Below are positions 1 through 9,601 of a stretch of 54,327 nucleotides of DNA, one piece after another. This DNA is from Verrucomicrobiota bacterium (lineage in GTDB: Bacteria > Verrucomicrobiota > Lentisphaeria > Lentisphaerales > Lentisphaeraceae). The position numbers and the translations under genes are program-made. The notes beneath the pieces are model-generated. The model worked only from the letters and a program-made list of their open reading frames with translations, did no database searches and was not told the DNA's origin. Position 1 is the stretch's first letter. Each line of letters opens with the position of its first letter. The stretch spans positions 1 to 54,327 of the forward strand of contig JBDKFG010000057.1 in assembly GCA_039798785.1 (NCBI GenBank). Reading direction: 5' to 3'.

Positions 1-22
1 CGGGCTTGCGCTGGTACTCGCC

Positions 23-508
23 TTGCCGCTCTTGGCCGCTGCCTGTGGTGCCAAGGATGATCAAGTTGGTGGCTTCACCAATGATTTGACTGGCAATGAA
101 ATCAAGGTGACAGCGCTGCGGGACCCGCAATTGGCGCAAGTCACCTGCTATTTTGGCTCATTCGACCGCAGCCTCCTTGACCGTTTGGGCAAGGGCAATT
201 GGTTTGAAAACCCCTCCAACACCGCCATTGATTGTCATCAAACGGCACCGATTGATGCAGCCACTTTGGCGACCTTGCCAAAGAATGCCGAAGTCTTTTC
301 CAAAGGCTCTAGCCTCTTCTTCAAAAGCATTGCGCTGCGCCGAATTGTCGATGTGCCCAATCAGTCAATCATCTATGTCTCTTATAGTCGCGAATTGGTG
401 GCCGCTTCGGCCAAATTGGTTCCGCTGGTCAAGCGGCCCTTCCGCACCTTGGTGGAGGAAAGCGATGCGGCTGCCGATGTGAAACTGCTCAGCCGCTTGA
501 ACCGGTGA
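23..508 (+). CDS. creA: CreA-family protein; 5' end probably incomplete, C-terminus atypical (possible chimeric junction near 420)
   Basis: Motifs 'IKVTALRDP..VTCY', 'WFENPSNTAIDCHQT', 'EVFSKGSSLFFKS..LRRIVD..NQSIIYVSYSREL' match the CreA pattern. The frame is open back to the window edge. Confidence 0.75.
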   Translation: MPLLAAACGAKDDQVGGFTNDLTGNEIKVTALRDPQLAQVTCYFGSFDRSLLDRLGKGNWFENPSNTAIDCHQTAPIDAATLATLPKNAEVFSKGSSLFFKSIALRRIVDVPNQSIIYVSYSRELVAASAKLVPLVKRPFRTLVEESDAAADVKLLSRLNR

Positions 509-515
509 GGTCGGG

Positions 516-1856
516 ATGAACCAGATTTTTACTGTCGCCCGCATGGTGTTCCGGATGCTGACTCGACGCGGGGTTCTGCTCTCCCTTCTTTTGGTCTGCG
601 CACTCGTCGGCGGCGTGATTTTCTTGATGCCTGAACGTCTCGGCACCCCGGGAGAGGATCTGCGGATCCGGCTTCTATATTCCTTGACCTTGAGCAGCGG
701 CTTTGTCAGCCTGGTGACCCTCTGCCTGGCTTGTTTCGGCATCCGGGCCCAGCTCGACGCCAAGAATCTGCATCTGATGGACACCTTGCCTTTGAGTCGC
801 AGCCGCACCTGGTTGGGACAGTGGCTGGGCTACTCTGCCGCGGCAGTTCTGATGCAGGCGGCGGCTCTGGCCGGCATCGCCGGAGCGGTTCTGCTGCACC
901 TTCGCGTTCTCGAGCCGGTGGCGCGGCAGGTCTGCCTCAAGCAAGTCCTCGAGGTGAGGGCCGAAGCCCGGCCCATCGTTCCGCCCGACCTGGAGCTGGT
1001 GAAGGATTTCTGCCGACGCCACCCCTTGAAATGGGAGGGCAAGCCGGTCGATCTTGAATACGTCGACAAGAGAAGCCTGTACGAGCTTTTCGGTCGTGCG
1101 GCGGACGAGATTCAGAATGTCGCCGCCGGCAAGACCGGTCAATGGCGATTCGATCTGGCCCAGGGGCGTTCCGTGGAGGGTATGGAGATCGAATTCCAAG
1201 CGCAAGGGCCGGTCCGGGACAAGGCGGTGAAGGGCGAGTGGCATCTGCTTGATTCGACGGGCACCGAGCTCTGGCGTGGCCCTTCGGAGTTTCCGGTCTG
1301 GTCGACCCAGAGGTTGGCGATTCCTGCCGGAGTCACCCAGGAGACGCGTTTGACCCTGCGTTTCCATAATCTTTCTACCCAGACCCTGACTTTCCAGCGT
1401 CATTCCGGGCTAGCCTTGCGGGCACCGCAATCTTCGCTTTGGCCGGCGCTTCTCAGCGCTTTCGCCGCGGCCAGCATTCATCTAGGCGTCGCCGTCGCGA
1501 TCGGCCTTTGCTGCGGCACCGCCTTGACCTTTTCAGTGGCGGCATTCTCCAGCATCGTCCTCTTCAGCCTCGGGCTGATCCAGCCCTTCTTCCGCGAGGT
1601 GATCGAGGATTTCCGTTTCGCCATGTTGCTCAGCTGGGACGAGAAGCTGACTTTGTCGATGCTGAATGTCTGCACTTATCTGACCCGCGGCCTGGAGAGC
1701 CCGGCCTGGCAGGAGGCTTTGGCAGCCGGCATCGCGCCGCCGAACCTGCAGATCTGGCAGGAATGGCTGCCGATGGCGGGGCTTTACGGCGTCGGTGCCG
1801 CCCTGCTCGGCTGCCTCGTCCTCGAACGCAAAGAGCTGGACTGCCTGCAAGTCTGA
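516..1856 (+). CDS. ABC-2-type transporter permease-like membrane protein with a large extracytoplasmic domain
   Basis: N-terminal TM helices, a 'LDAKNLHLMDTLPLSRSRTWLGQWLG' permease-type motif, a soluble middle domain and C-terminal TM helices ending 'ERKEL'. Confidence 0.65.
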   Translation: MNQIFTVARMVFRMLTRRGVLLSLLLVCALVGGVIFLMPERLGTPGEDLRIRLLYSLTLSSGFVSLVTLCLACFGIRAQLDAKNLHLMDTLPLSRSRTWLGQWLGYSAAAVLMQAAALAGIAGAVLLHLRVLEPVARQVCLKQVLEVRAEARPIVPPDLELVKDFCRRHPLKWEGKPVDLEYVDKRSLYELFGRAADEIQNVAAGKTGQWRFDLAQGRSVEGMEIEFQAQGPVRDKAVKGEWHLLDSTGTELWRGPSEFPVWSTQRLAIPAGVTQETRLTLRFHNLSTQTLTFQRHSGLALRAPQSSLWPALLSAFAAASIHLGVAVAIGLCCGTALTFSVAAFSSIVLFSLGLIQPFFREVIEDFRFAMLLSWDEKLTLSMLNVCTYLTRGLESPAWQEALAAGIAPPNLQIWQEWLPMAGLYGVGAALLGCLVLERKELDCLQV

Positions 1857-1909
1857 TCGCATTCCCCCCTGAGAACCTCAAGCCTCAACTCCGAAAAATC
1901 GAACACCCC

Positions 1910-3472
1910 ATGTACCGCGCTCTTCTCATTCTTCTCTGCCTCGTCGGCCTGTCCTGGAACCGGCTGACTTGGCAACGTGCCCCGGCGCAGTCGCAAGCGG
2001 CTGTGAGCGAGATGCCCCCTGGACTGGCGGTGTCGAGCATGGCTCTCGGCCCATTGCGCAGCCTGGCGGCGGACGCGATCTTCTGGCGCATGGCGAAAAA
2101 ACAGGAGCGCAAGGAGTTTCTCGAGGCGGCCCAGCTGTCGTCTCTGGTCTCCAGGATGCAGCCCAAATATGCTTCGGTGTGGTGCTACCAGGGCTGGAAT
2201 CTCGCGTACAACGTCTCCGTGAAGTCGGCGGATCCCGCCGAACGCTTCGCCTGGATCATGGCGGGCATCCGCCTGCTGCGTGACGAAGGCCTGAAGTACA
2301 ACCCCGGCAACAAGGAGATCCGGCTCGAACTGCTCCGCATCTTCGCCGACAAGCTCGACGGCCAGGCGGACGACTCGGTCGCCTTCCTGCGGGACGAATG
2401 GGTGCGTCAGATGCTGCCGATCTTTGCGCGCGGCGACCGCGCCGAGCTGGAAGCCGCGGCGGCTGCTGCCCCCGACCCAGAGTCTCTGATGGCCCGTCCC
2501 GGAGTCGCCCGTCTGGTCAAGGCATGTCGCGCCCGCGGAGTCGAGCCTCTGAACCTCGAATCGCCGGCCGCGACGCCGGAGTGGCTGCGGCTGGTCCTCG
2601 GCGCCGAGCCCAGCCCTGATGAGCTTCCCCAGCTGCTGGCGGCGGCGGCGGAGATTGAGAACTCCTGGCGGCGCAAGAAGATCACTGTCGACCTCAACAT
2701 GGATCTCGAGCGAGTCCTTCTCGCCGACCGCGAATACGGCCCCCTCGACTGGCGCACCCACCAGGCCCATGGCATCTACTGGGGAGCCAGCCAGGATTTC
2801 GCCCAGATGCGCAACAGCTCCGGCACTGACCTCACCAACTTCGTCTATTCACTGATGCTCTCCAGCTTCTATCAGGGCAAGATCCTCTACAACCCGGCAG
2901 ACCAGACTTTCGTCCGGACCCAGAACCTCGATGTCCTCGCCCGCATCCATGAGTTCATCGAAGCGAAGATGGTCGATCCGCGGCTCAGCGAAGACGGCCG
3001 CAAGACCTGGGACTTCAAGCACAAGGTCTTTGTCCATGACGCCGCCTTGGTCTGCTTCAATTCCAACCAGGGCGATGCCAGCCGCGAGCTCTTCGCCCAC
3101 TACCAGGCCGGCGGCTACTGCCCACCTGATCTCACCTTTGAGCAATTCCTCATGGACAGCATGGAGGCTTCCCTTCAGCGCGAAGGCATCAAGGACCGGC
3201 CTGCCATGATCGAAGCGATCCTCAGGCAGTCCCTGCTGCGCGCCTCCTACGGCGACATGAATGGATGCAACGGATTGCGCAACAAGGCGATGCTGATGTG
3301 GCGGCAGCACCAGAAAGAATGGGGAAGCACCGGCCGTGCCTTGCCGCCCTTCACCCAGCTCTACGAAGCCGCCAAACGCGGCTACGCACCCGATCCGAAG
3401 AGCAGCGCAGAGCTGGAGAAGCAGCTGGAAAATGCCAGGTCCCAGCAGAACCCGCCCAAGATCAAGACTTGA
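1910..3472 (+). CDS. Conserved PVC-type helical protein with N-terminal signal/anchor, probably part of the ABC permease module
   Basis: ATG at 1910 (MYRALLILL) is preferred to the ORF-track start at 1439. 'LGPLRSLAAD..W' and 'MQPKYASVWCYQGWNLAYNVS' are typical of PVC proteins encoded beside such permeases. Confidence 0.6.
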   Translation: MYRALLILLCLVGLSWNRLTWQRAPAQSQAAVSEMPPGLAVSSMALGPLRSLAADAIFWRMAKKQERKEFLEAAQLSSLVSRMQPKYASVWCYQGWNLAYNVSVKSADPAERFAWIMAGIRLLRDEGLKYNPGNKEIRLELLRIFADKLDGQADDSVAFLRDEWVRQMLPIFARGDRAELEAAAAAAPDPESLMARPGVARLVKACRARGVEPLNLESPAATPEWLRLVLGAEPSPDELPQLLAAAAEIENSWRRKKITVDLNMDLERVLLADREYGPLDWRTHQAHGIYWGASQDFAQMRNSSGTDLTNFVYSLMLSSFYQGKILYNPADQTFVRTQNLDVLARIHEFIEAKMVDPRLSEDGRKTWDFKHKVFVHDAALVCFNSNQGDASRELFAHYQAGGYCPPDLTFEQFLMDSMEASLQREGIKDRPAMIEAILRQSLLRASYGDMNGCNGLRNKAMLMWRQHQKEWGSTGRALPPFTQLYEAAKRGYAPDPKSSAELEKQLENARSQQNPPKIKT

Positions 3473-3505
3473 ATCACTGCCAAGCCCCCCCAATCGAGAA
3501 CCCCG

Positions 3506-4084
3506 ATGAACCACGATACCCGCATCACCTTGCTCCATCGCCTGCGCGACCGCGACGACCGGCGCTCCTGGGAGGACTTCGTCGATCTCTACAGCCGCTA
3601 CCTCTACACCGTCGCCCGCAACCTTGGTCTCAATCATCACGACGCCGAAGATGCCCTGCAGCAGGTCTTCCTCAAGGTCAGCGACAAACTCTCCACCTTC
3701 GAATACTCCCCCGCCAGCGGCCGCTTCCGGGCCTGGCTCTGTACCGTCTGCCGCAACACCGTCCGCGACCAGCAGCGCCGCCGCGCCAGCCGCCAGCGGC
3801 AGCAGGAAGTCCTCCAGGCTGAAGAGACGCTGCCGCCGGATGAACTCGACCAGCAGGCCGAAAAGGAATGGCGCGACTTCCTCGCCAACGAGGCCCTTCG
3901 CATCATCCGCGAAAAGGAAAGCCCACTGGCCCTCTCCTGCTTCGAATTGCATGCCGCCGGCAAGGATGTCGCCAGCATCGCGGAACAACTCGGCATCGCC
4001 GCCAACACCGTCTATGTCTACAAGGCCCGCGTCATCGAGCAGCTCAGTCGCGAAATCCGCCGCTTGCGCACTGAGTTCGAATGA
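3506..4084 (+). CDS. ECF-type sigma-70 factor (PVC type)
   Basis: 'TRITLLHRLRD..D.RSWEDFVDLY', 'DAEDALQQV', 'FEYSPASGRFRAWL' and a C-terminal HTH 'IAEQLGIAANTVYVYKARV'. Confidence 0.9.
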   Translation: MNHDTRITLLHRLRDRDDRRSWEDFVDLYSRYLYTVARNLGLNHHDAEDALQQVFLKVSDKLSTFEYSPASGRFRAWLCTVCRNTVRDQQRRRASRQRQQEVLQAEETLPPDELDQQAEKEWRDFLANEALRIIREKESPLALSCFELHAAGKDVASIAEQLGIAANTVYVYKARVIEQLSREIRRLRTEFE

Positions 4085-4123
4085 TGTAAAAGACAAAATC
4101 AACAAAAAATATCGAAATCGCCA

Positions 4124-4151
4124 TTGACCGGATTGGGGCGTGCGATAAACT
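4124..4151 (+). promoter_or_regulatory. Putative sigma-70 promoter of the TonB-dependent receptor
   Basis: TTGACC (4124-4129), 16 bp, TAAACT (4146-4151), with an A-rich UP-like tract upstream. Confidence 0.55.
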
Positions 4152-4167
4152 GGCTCAGTCTTGAGCA

Positions 4168-4184
4168 TTAAGATACTATCTCAA
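4168..4184. promoter_or_regulatory. Putative Fur-family operator
   Basis: 8-1-8 inverted repeat TTAAGATA-C-TATCTCAA (one mismatch) between the -10 element and the RBS (AAGGAG). Confidence 0.45.
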
Positions 4185-4198
4185 AAAGGAGACCATCG

Positions 4199-6379
4199 AT
4201 GAAGACTGCGCACTTGTTCCTGACATCGCTGCTGCTTCCCTGCCTGCTGCAAGCCCAAGAGAAGGCGCCGGCGCCGGAGACTCCGGCCACAAAAAACGTC
4301 GAGGACAAGTTTCAGATCATCGGCACTCCATATGAAGGGCAGAAAGCCACTGAAGTTCCCGCCACCGTCCACCGTCTGAGCGAAGAGGACGTCCGACTCC
4401 GCCTCGGCACGGCGAACTTTGCCGACACCCTGTCGCGCACCCCGGGCGTCACAGTTCAGAAGACCGGTCCCGGCCGTGGCAACCCGATCATCCGCGGCTT
4501 CAGCGGTTCGCGCAACATGGTCCTCGCCGACGGCGTCCGCCTCAACAACCCGATCCTCCGCGAGGGTCCCAACGAATATTGGAACACCCTTGATCCCTGG
4601 GCTTACACCAACACCGAAGTGATCCTCGGCCCCGGCTCCCTGCGCTACGGCTCCGACGCCATCGGCGGCGTCGTCGTCACCGGCACCGAAGCCCTCCCCG
4701 TCGGCGAAGCCAATGCCGGCTGGCAGAATCTCGACAACGATCTCTGGACCCGCTTCTCGACCAAGGATATGGGCTTCCAGGAGGCCTTCCGCAGCCGCGG
4801 AGCCTACAACGACACCGATTCCTACGCCGTCGGCCTGTCCCGCGGCGATCACAATGACCAAGTCATGTCGGGCGGCGAAACCCTCGACAACTCCGCCTAC
4901 ACCGAGATGGGCGGCTACCTGCGCTGGAACCATGCTTTCGACCTCAACAACAAACTCATCCTCGGCTACGACCGCTACCAGGTCGATGACCTCAACCGCA
5001 TTCACACCACTCTCGACGGCCGATACTGGCACGGCACTTCGGTGGGTGGCACCTTCACCGACAGCCTTGCCAACCTTCGCGCCCGTGACAAATACCGCCT
5101 CACCGACCTCGACCGCCACAGCGCCTTCGTCCGCGAGGAATTCCGCGGCGGCGAGGGCTTCATCTCCGATGCCGATTATCAGCTCTCTTTCCAGCGCATC
5201 GAGGAAGATTCGAACCGTTATCGCAACTACCTCAACCCCGCCGCTTCTTCGCGTCGCCATGAATACCGCTGGTACGGCGACAATACCTACGCCGCCAACC
5301 TCCGTTTGCAGACCGACACCGAAGCAGTCAAATTCCAGTACGGCGTCGACGCCTCGCACGACAGCGTCCAGTCCTCCGGACGGAACGTCACCGACGCCGG
5401 TGTCACGACCAAACGCATCCAGGGGGATGTCGCCGATGAGGCCCGCTACGAAAAACTGGGCGGCTGGATCCAGGGCGACATTCACCTCAACGACCGACTC
5501 GATCTCGTCCTCGGCAGTCGCTATGACGTCAACCAGATGGACGCTGAACACGTCAACCTCAACAACGTCGACTCCAGCCTCGAACACACCTGGTATTCGT
5601 GGACCAACTCGGCCCACCTCGTCCTGAAACTCGACGATCAGGGCGACAGCTCGATTTTCGCCGGGGTCCGCCAAGGCTACCGCGCCCCCAACCTCTCAGA
5701 CACCACCCGCGACGGCGAGTTCGGCACCAACCAGGTCGCCCTGCCCAACACCAACTTCGATCCCGAGCATTACACCACTTGGGAGCTCGGCGTCAAGGCC
5801 CAGGACGCCGAAGGCCAGTGGCATGGCTTCGCCAGCGTCTTCTACACCCGGATCGAAGACCAGATCACCCGCGTCACCACCGCCGGACAAAGCCACAAGG
5901 CAGGCGCCGACGGCTACATGTACGGATGGGAACTTGGCGGCGATTACTATCTGACCGAGCAGGTCGGCGTCTTCGGCAGTCTCGCCATGGTCGACGGCGT
6001 CTGCCGCAACCATTACCAGCAGAACGACACCAATCCCCTCATCGACGACCAATACTCGAAAGTGCCGCCCCTCAATGGCGAATTCGGCTTGCGCTTCCGC
6101 GACGGCAAGGAGGAGACCTTCTTCCTCGACACCTACTGCGAATGGTCTGACGGCCAGGACGACCTGTCGCAAGCCGACCGCACCGACACCGACCGCATCC
6201 CGCCTAACGGCACTCCCGGCTGGTACACGGTCAACGCCCGCGCCGGCTGGAAGTTCGCCAAGAACCAGGACGTCACCCTCGGCTTGGAAAACCTGCTGGA
6301 TAAAGATTACCGCATACACGGCTCCGGCCAGAACGAGCCCGGCCGCAGCCTCACCCTGCAGTATCATCTGAAATTCTAA
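4199..6379 (+). CDS. TonB-dependent outer-membrane receptor
   Basis: Signal peptide; plug motifs 'PGVTVQKTGPGRGNPIIRGFSG' and 'EVILGPGSLRYGSDAIGGVV'; 'GYRAPNLSD'; 'LENLLDKDYR'; C-terminal Phe. Confidence 0.95.
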   Translation: MKTAHLFLTSLLLPCLLQAQEKAPAPETPATKNVEDKFQIIGTPYEGQKATEVPATVHRLSEEDVRLRLGTANFADTLSRTPGVTVQKTGPGRGNPIIRGFSGSRNMVLADGVRLNNPILREGPNEYWNTLDPWAYTNTEVILGPGSLRYGSDAIGGVVVTGTEALPVGEANAGWQNLDNDLWTRFSTKDMGFQEAFRSRGAYNDTDSYAVGLSRGDHNDQVMSGGETLDNSAYTEMGGYLRWNHAFDLNNKLILGYDRYQVDDLNRIHTTLDGRYWHGTSVGGTFTDSLANLRARDKYRLTDLDRHSAFVREEFRGGEGFISDADYQLSFQRIEEDSNRYRNYLNPAASSRRHEYRWYGDNTYAANLRLQTDTEAVKFQYGVDASHDSVQSSGRNVTDAGVTTKRIQGDVADEARYEKLGGWIQGDIHLNDRLDLVLGSRYDVNQMDAEHVNLNNVDSSLEHTWYSWTNSAHLVLKLDDQGDSSIFAGVRQGYRAPNLSDTTRDGEFGTNQVALPNTNFDPEHYTTWELGVKAQDAEGQWHGFASVFYTRIEDQITRVTTAGQSHKAGADGYMYGWELGGDYYLTEQVGVFGSLAMVDGVCRNHYQQNDTNPLIDDQYSKVPPLNGEFGLRFRDGKEETFFLDTYCEWSDGQDDLSQADRTDTDRIPPNGTPGWYTVNARAGWKFAKNQDVTLGLENLLDKDYRIHGSGQNEPGRSLTLQYHLKF

Positions 6380-6395
6380 GTCTAAGGTTCCTTAT

Positions 6396-6421
6396 CCGGC
6401 CGGGCAGCAATGCCCGGCCGG
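6396..6421 (+). terminator. GC-rich hairpin, probable terminator of the TonB receptor gene
   Basis: CCGGCCGGGCA-gcaa-TGCCCGGCCGG followed by only a short T run. Confidence 0.6.
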
Positions 6422-6455
6422 TTTCCAGGTGCGCCGATTACGTCGATTGATTGAT

Positions 6456-6553
6456 CCTGGATTCCGAAGCTGAGCTTGGGCTCAGCTCGGGAATCCGATT
6501 CAAGATTCAAAATTCAAGATTCAACAGAACGCGAACAAAATCAAAGATTTAAA
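6456..6553 (+). repeat. Dispersed ~98-bp palindrome-plus-heptamer element, copy 1
   Basis: Near-identical to the reverse complement of 27867-27964. Contains the hairpin GGATTCC..AGCTGAGC/GCTCAGCT..GGAATCC and (ATTCAAG)n. Confidence 0.9.
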
Positions 6554-7031
6554 GCCAGTCCTTGACAGCGGCGAGCAGATCGTAGCCCGGGACGATCTTG
6601 AAGAAGCGTGGACAGCCGGCATTGAATGCGGCCTGGCCGTCGGAATCGCTGTCGCCGAACATGCAGCACTTGTCGAGCTGGATGTCAGGGAAGTCCGCCG
6701 CCGCCTGCAGAATCATGCCGGGGCGCGGCTTGCGGCAGGCGCAGCCGTCCTCCCTGCCATGCGGGCAGTAGTAGATCGCGTCGAGCGCGGCCTCGCCGAG
6801 GAGCTCCTGCATCCGGCGGTGGATCTCGGCCAGCTCCTCGTGGCTCATGATGCCGCGCGAGATGCCGCGTTGATTGGTGATCAGGATGCTGCGCCATCCC
6901 GCCGCTTTTAAGCTCAAAAGCGCCTCGCGGACCCCGGGGAGCAGCTCGAATTCGTCCCAGCTCTTGATGTAGTCGTCCATCAGGCGGCGATTGACCACGC
7001 CATCGCGGTCGATGAAAACAGTTCCGTTCAT
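6549..7031 (-). CDS. gmhB: D-glycero-D-manno-heptose 1,7-bisphosphate phosphatase (HAD IIIA)
   Basis: 'FIDRDGVVN', 'ITNQRG', 'YYCPH....C.CRKPRPGM', 'MFGDSDSD'. Confidence 0.88.
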   Translation of the reverse strand: MNGTVFIDRDGVVNRRLMDDYIKSWDEFELLPGVREALLSLKAAGWRSILITNQRGISRGIMSHEELAEIHRRMQELLGEAALDAIYYCPHGREDGCACRKPRPGMILQAAADFPDIQLDKCCMFGDSDSDGQAAFNAGCPRFFKIVPGYDLLAAVKDWL

Positions 7032-7090
7032 GAGCAACTCAGTTTAAAGTTTAAGGTTCAAAGTTTAAGGCTGGGACACATGGGGCGCCA

Positions 7091-8515
7091 TCATCGTTTG
7101 ATGTGGCGTTTCTGGAGTTCGACCTTGGATTGGTGGACTTCGGGATCGACGCCGCAGGTGTAGTGTTCGGGGAATTGGATGGCGCGGGCGGCTGGAGGGA
7201 GGCCGGCGAGTTGTTTGGCGCAGTAGGCCTGGTCATCGGCGACGCTGGCGGCGGGGAAGAGGCGGCGGCCTTTGGCGAAGCTGCGGCGGAGGAGGGATTC
7301 GTGGGTGCCGTGGAGGATGCGGGGCATGAAGGTGCGGTCGTCGAGGATGGCGTTGCCGCCGCCGTAGAGCAGTTCCGAGAAGATGACGTCGCCGACGAAG
7401 CGCTGGCCCTGGGAGAATCGCGACAGGCTGAGGACGCCGGGGAGGGAGCCGCGGGTGACGTCTTCGCCGAACTTGGCACAGGTTTCCCAGGCGTGGCCGT
7501 TTTTCCAGGCGCAGAGCTTGCCGCTGAGGCCGGCGTTGGGCTGTTCGGTGGCGGCGAAGGCGGAGCCGACGTAGAAGGCGTCGATCGGCGCCTTGTGCTC
7601 GACCAGTTTTTCGATGGCTCGTTCGTCGAGGCCGCCGCCGGCGGCGATCTGAAGTTCCCCGAGGCCGGCTTCTTCGAGCTGGGCCCGGCAGAGGCGCGAA
7701 AGCTCGAGCAGGTCGCCGGAATCGAGGCGGACCCCGAGGGGGCGCTGGCCGGCTTTCTGGAGGCGGATGAGGATCGGCAGGGCGGTCCGCAGGCCCTGGG
7801 CGGCGTCGTAGGTGTCGAGGACGAATTCGAGCCCTTCCGGGTTGGCCTTGGCGGCGGCTTCGAAGGCTTCAAGTTCGGTGGGGTGGGCGAGGACCCAGTT
7901 GTGCGACATCGGCCGGCGGAGGGCGAGGCCGTAGCGGGCGGCGGCCTGGAGGTTGGTGGTGGCGCGGCAGCCGGCGACGGCGGCGGCTCGTGAAGTGAGC
8001 AAGGCGGCTTCGGGCGAGGCGCTGCGGCGGAGGGCGAACTCGACCACCTGGGCCTTGCCGGCGGAGCAGACCAGGCGGGCGGCGCGGCTGGCCACCTGGG
8101 TGCCGTGGCCGACGTACATGTCGAGCAGGGGCTCAAGCACCAGGCCGAGGGCGAGCGGCGCTTGCATACGAAGCAGGGGCGCCTGCGGGAAGACCAGGGT
8201 GCCGTCGCGCACCGCGTGCACCTCCATCCGGCGCGCCGCATCCTCAAGGAAGCTCAAAAAGGCGGGGTCGGCCAGCTCCGGCGCACTGGTCAAAAGACGG
8301 TCGCGCAAAGAAGCGCCGAAGAATCCTTCGGTGGCGGCGGCGTCGAGCACTTGCATCGCTTCGTCGATGCCGGCGGCGACGCCGAAGCCGGTGCCGCAGG
8401 GGGGGCGGCGGAAGCCGAGGTAGAAGAAGGCGTCGTCGCGGCCGCGTCCCGCCTTCCAGAGGGCGTAGGATTCCTGCAGGAGATGGTAGTCGGTGAAGAG
8501 CTCAGTCACAATCAT
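7091..8515 (-). CDS. pncB: Nicotinate phosphoribosyltransferase (divergent)
   Basis: Start MIVTELFTDYH at 8515; 'VEFALRR', 'MSHNWV', 'LDTYD', 'GVRLDSGDL', 'GGGLDE'. Confidence 0.85.
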   Translation of the reverse strand: MIVTELFTDYHLLQESYALWKAGRGRDDAFFYLGFRRPPCGTGFGVAAGIDEAMQVLDAAATEGFFGASLRDRLLTSAPELADPAFLSFLEDAARRMEVHAVRDGTLVFPQAPLLRMQAPLALGLVLEPLLDMYVGHGTQVASRAARLVCSAGKAQVVEFALRRSASPEAALLTSRAAAVAGCRATTNLQAAARYGLALRRPMSHNWVLAHPTELEAFEAAAKANPEGLEFVLDTYDAAQGLRTALPILIRLQKAGQRPLGVRLDSGDLLELSRLCRAQLEEAGLGELQIAAGGGLDERAIEKLVEHKAPIDAFYVGSAFAATEQPNAGLSGKLCAWKNGHAWETCAKFGEDVTRGSLPGVLSLSRFSQGQRFVGDVIFSELLYGGGNAILDDRTFMPRILHGTHESLLRRSFAKGRRLFPAASVADDQAYCAKQLAGLPPAARAIQFPEHYTCGVDPEVHQSKVELQKRHIKR

Positions 8516-9034
8516 GGGGCGGTCCCGGGGTTTTGTTCCCTCCCCCAATAGCATGAGCTCGGGGAAGCTCCATGCCCGGCGGGGGGGAATCTGCGAGAAA
8601 TTGTGGCAAGACTGGGACAGCTTGGCGCTCGGACATCTTTGCAGAGGATGCGCCCCCCCCCAAGAGACGCTGTGATTGATGGCGTGATTGTGATATGGGT
8701 GGCGCGAACAAGGGCGGGAGCAAGCGGATAAGCCGGCATATAAATTTTCGAAGGAACGAAGACGCGAAGAATGCCAGATGGCCGCAAATGGCACAATGAG
8801 CACAAATGGAGAAAGGTGAGCGGCCTTTCACTCTGCCAATCACACTTGCTGCGTTCTTCGGAGTCTTCTGCAGCACAACTGAGCTTGATTCGGATCAATA
8901 CAGGTCACAATTTTTTTATCCATTGATTAGGTTTGGGTTCGGCTGAATTTTTCGGGTGCATTGCATCGTCATCTCAAAGGGTGCGTGTAAGATTCCGGGA
9001 CTTTCTTGTCATTTGTAGAGAAGTGGAGTTTCCC

Positions 9035-9601
9035 ATGACGATTGCCGACCCCTACCAGACTCGCCCCTCGCTTCTCCGGCGCATCCATTCGCGGGATGAA
9101 TCCGGGTGGCTGCTTTTCTATCTCAAATACCAGCCCCTGATTCAATGGCTCGCCTCGCGCCGCGGACTCACCCACCCGAACGAAGTCGATCTGGTCATCC
9201 AGGCCGTGATGCTCCATTTCTCCAAGCTCGAATGGACTCATAGTCCCGAGCGCGGGCGCTTCCGCAACCTTGTCCTCCGCGTCACCGAGCTCAAGATCCA
9301 TGAAGTCCGCCGCGAGCTCCGCGGCCTTCCCACCTCGGAGGTCGCGCGACTGGAAAATCTCGAGGCCCCGCCGACGGAGCCGCCCGAGGACGATCGGGAA
9401 AGCCGCCTGGCGGCGGCGATCGCCGCTCTCGGCGAGGACAAGGGCCTGGCGGATCAGCATCTCCAGGTGCTGATGCGGTCTTTGCAAGGCCAGACCCATG
9501 CGGAGATCTCGCGGGACCTGAAGATCAGTCTCAGCAACTGCATGGTCATTCGCCACCGGATGATCAAGAGGCTGCAAACCCTGCTGGACAGCCAGCCATG
9601 A
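9035..9601 (+). CDS. ECF sigma factor translationally coupled to a Ser/Thr kinase
   Basis: 'YQTRPSLLRRI..RDESGW..FY.KYQPLI', 'PERGRFR' and a C-terminal HTH; ATGA overlap with 9598. Confidence 0.85.
   Translation: MTIADPYQTRPSLLRRIHSRDESGWLLFYLKYQPLIQWLASRRGLTHPNEVDLVIQAVMLHFSKLEWTHSPERGRFRNLVLRVTELKIHEVRRELRGLPTSEVARLENLEAPPTEPPEDDRESRLAAAIAALGEDKGLADQHLQVLMRSLQGQTHAEISRDLKISLSNCMVIRHRMIKRLQTLLDSQP

Noticed and set aside
1439..1909. Long N-terminal extensions in the ORF track (also 8516-8803, 11895-12938, 35521-35778, 51893-52297)
   Set aside because: They overlap real genes or non-coding DNA in GC-rich frames that lack stops. Downstream starts fit family N-termini and RBS or translational coupling better.
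8516..9034. Riboswitch or ncRNA upstream of pncB
   Set aside because: No recognisable aptamer consensus by eye; only degenerate short repeats. An Rfam scan would be needed to exclude it fully.
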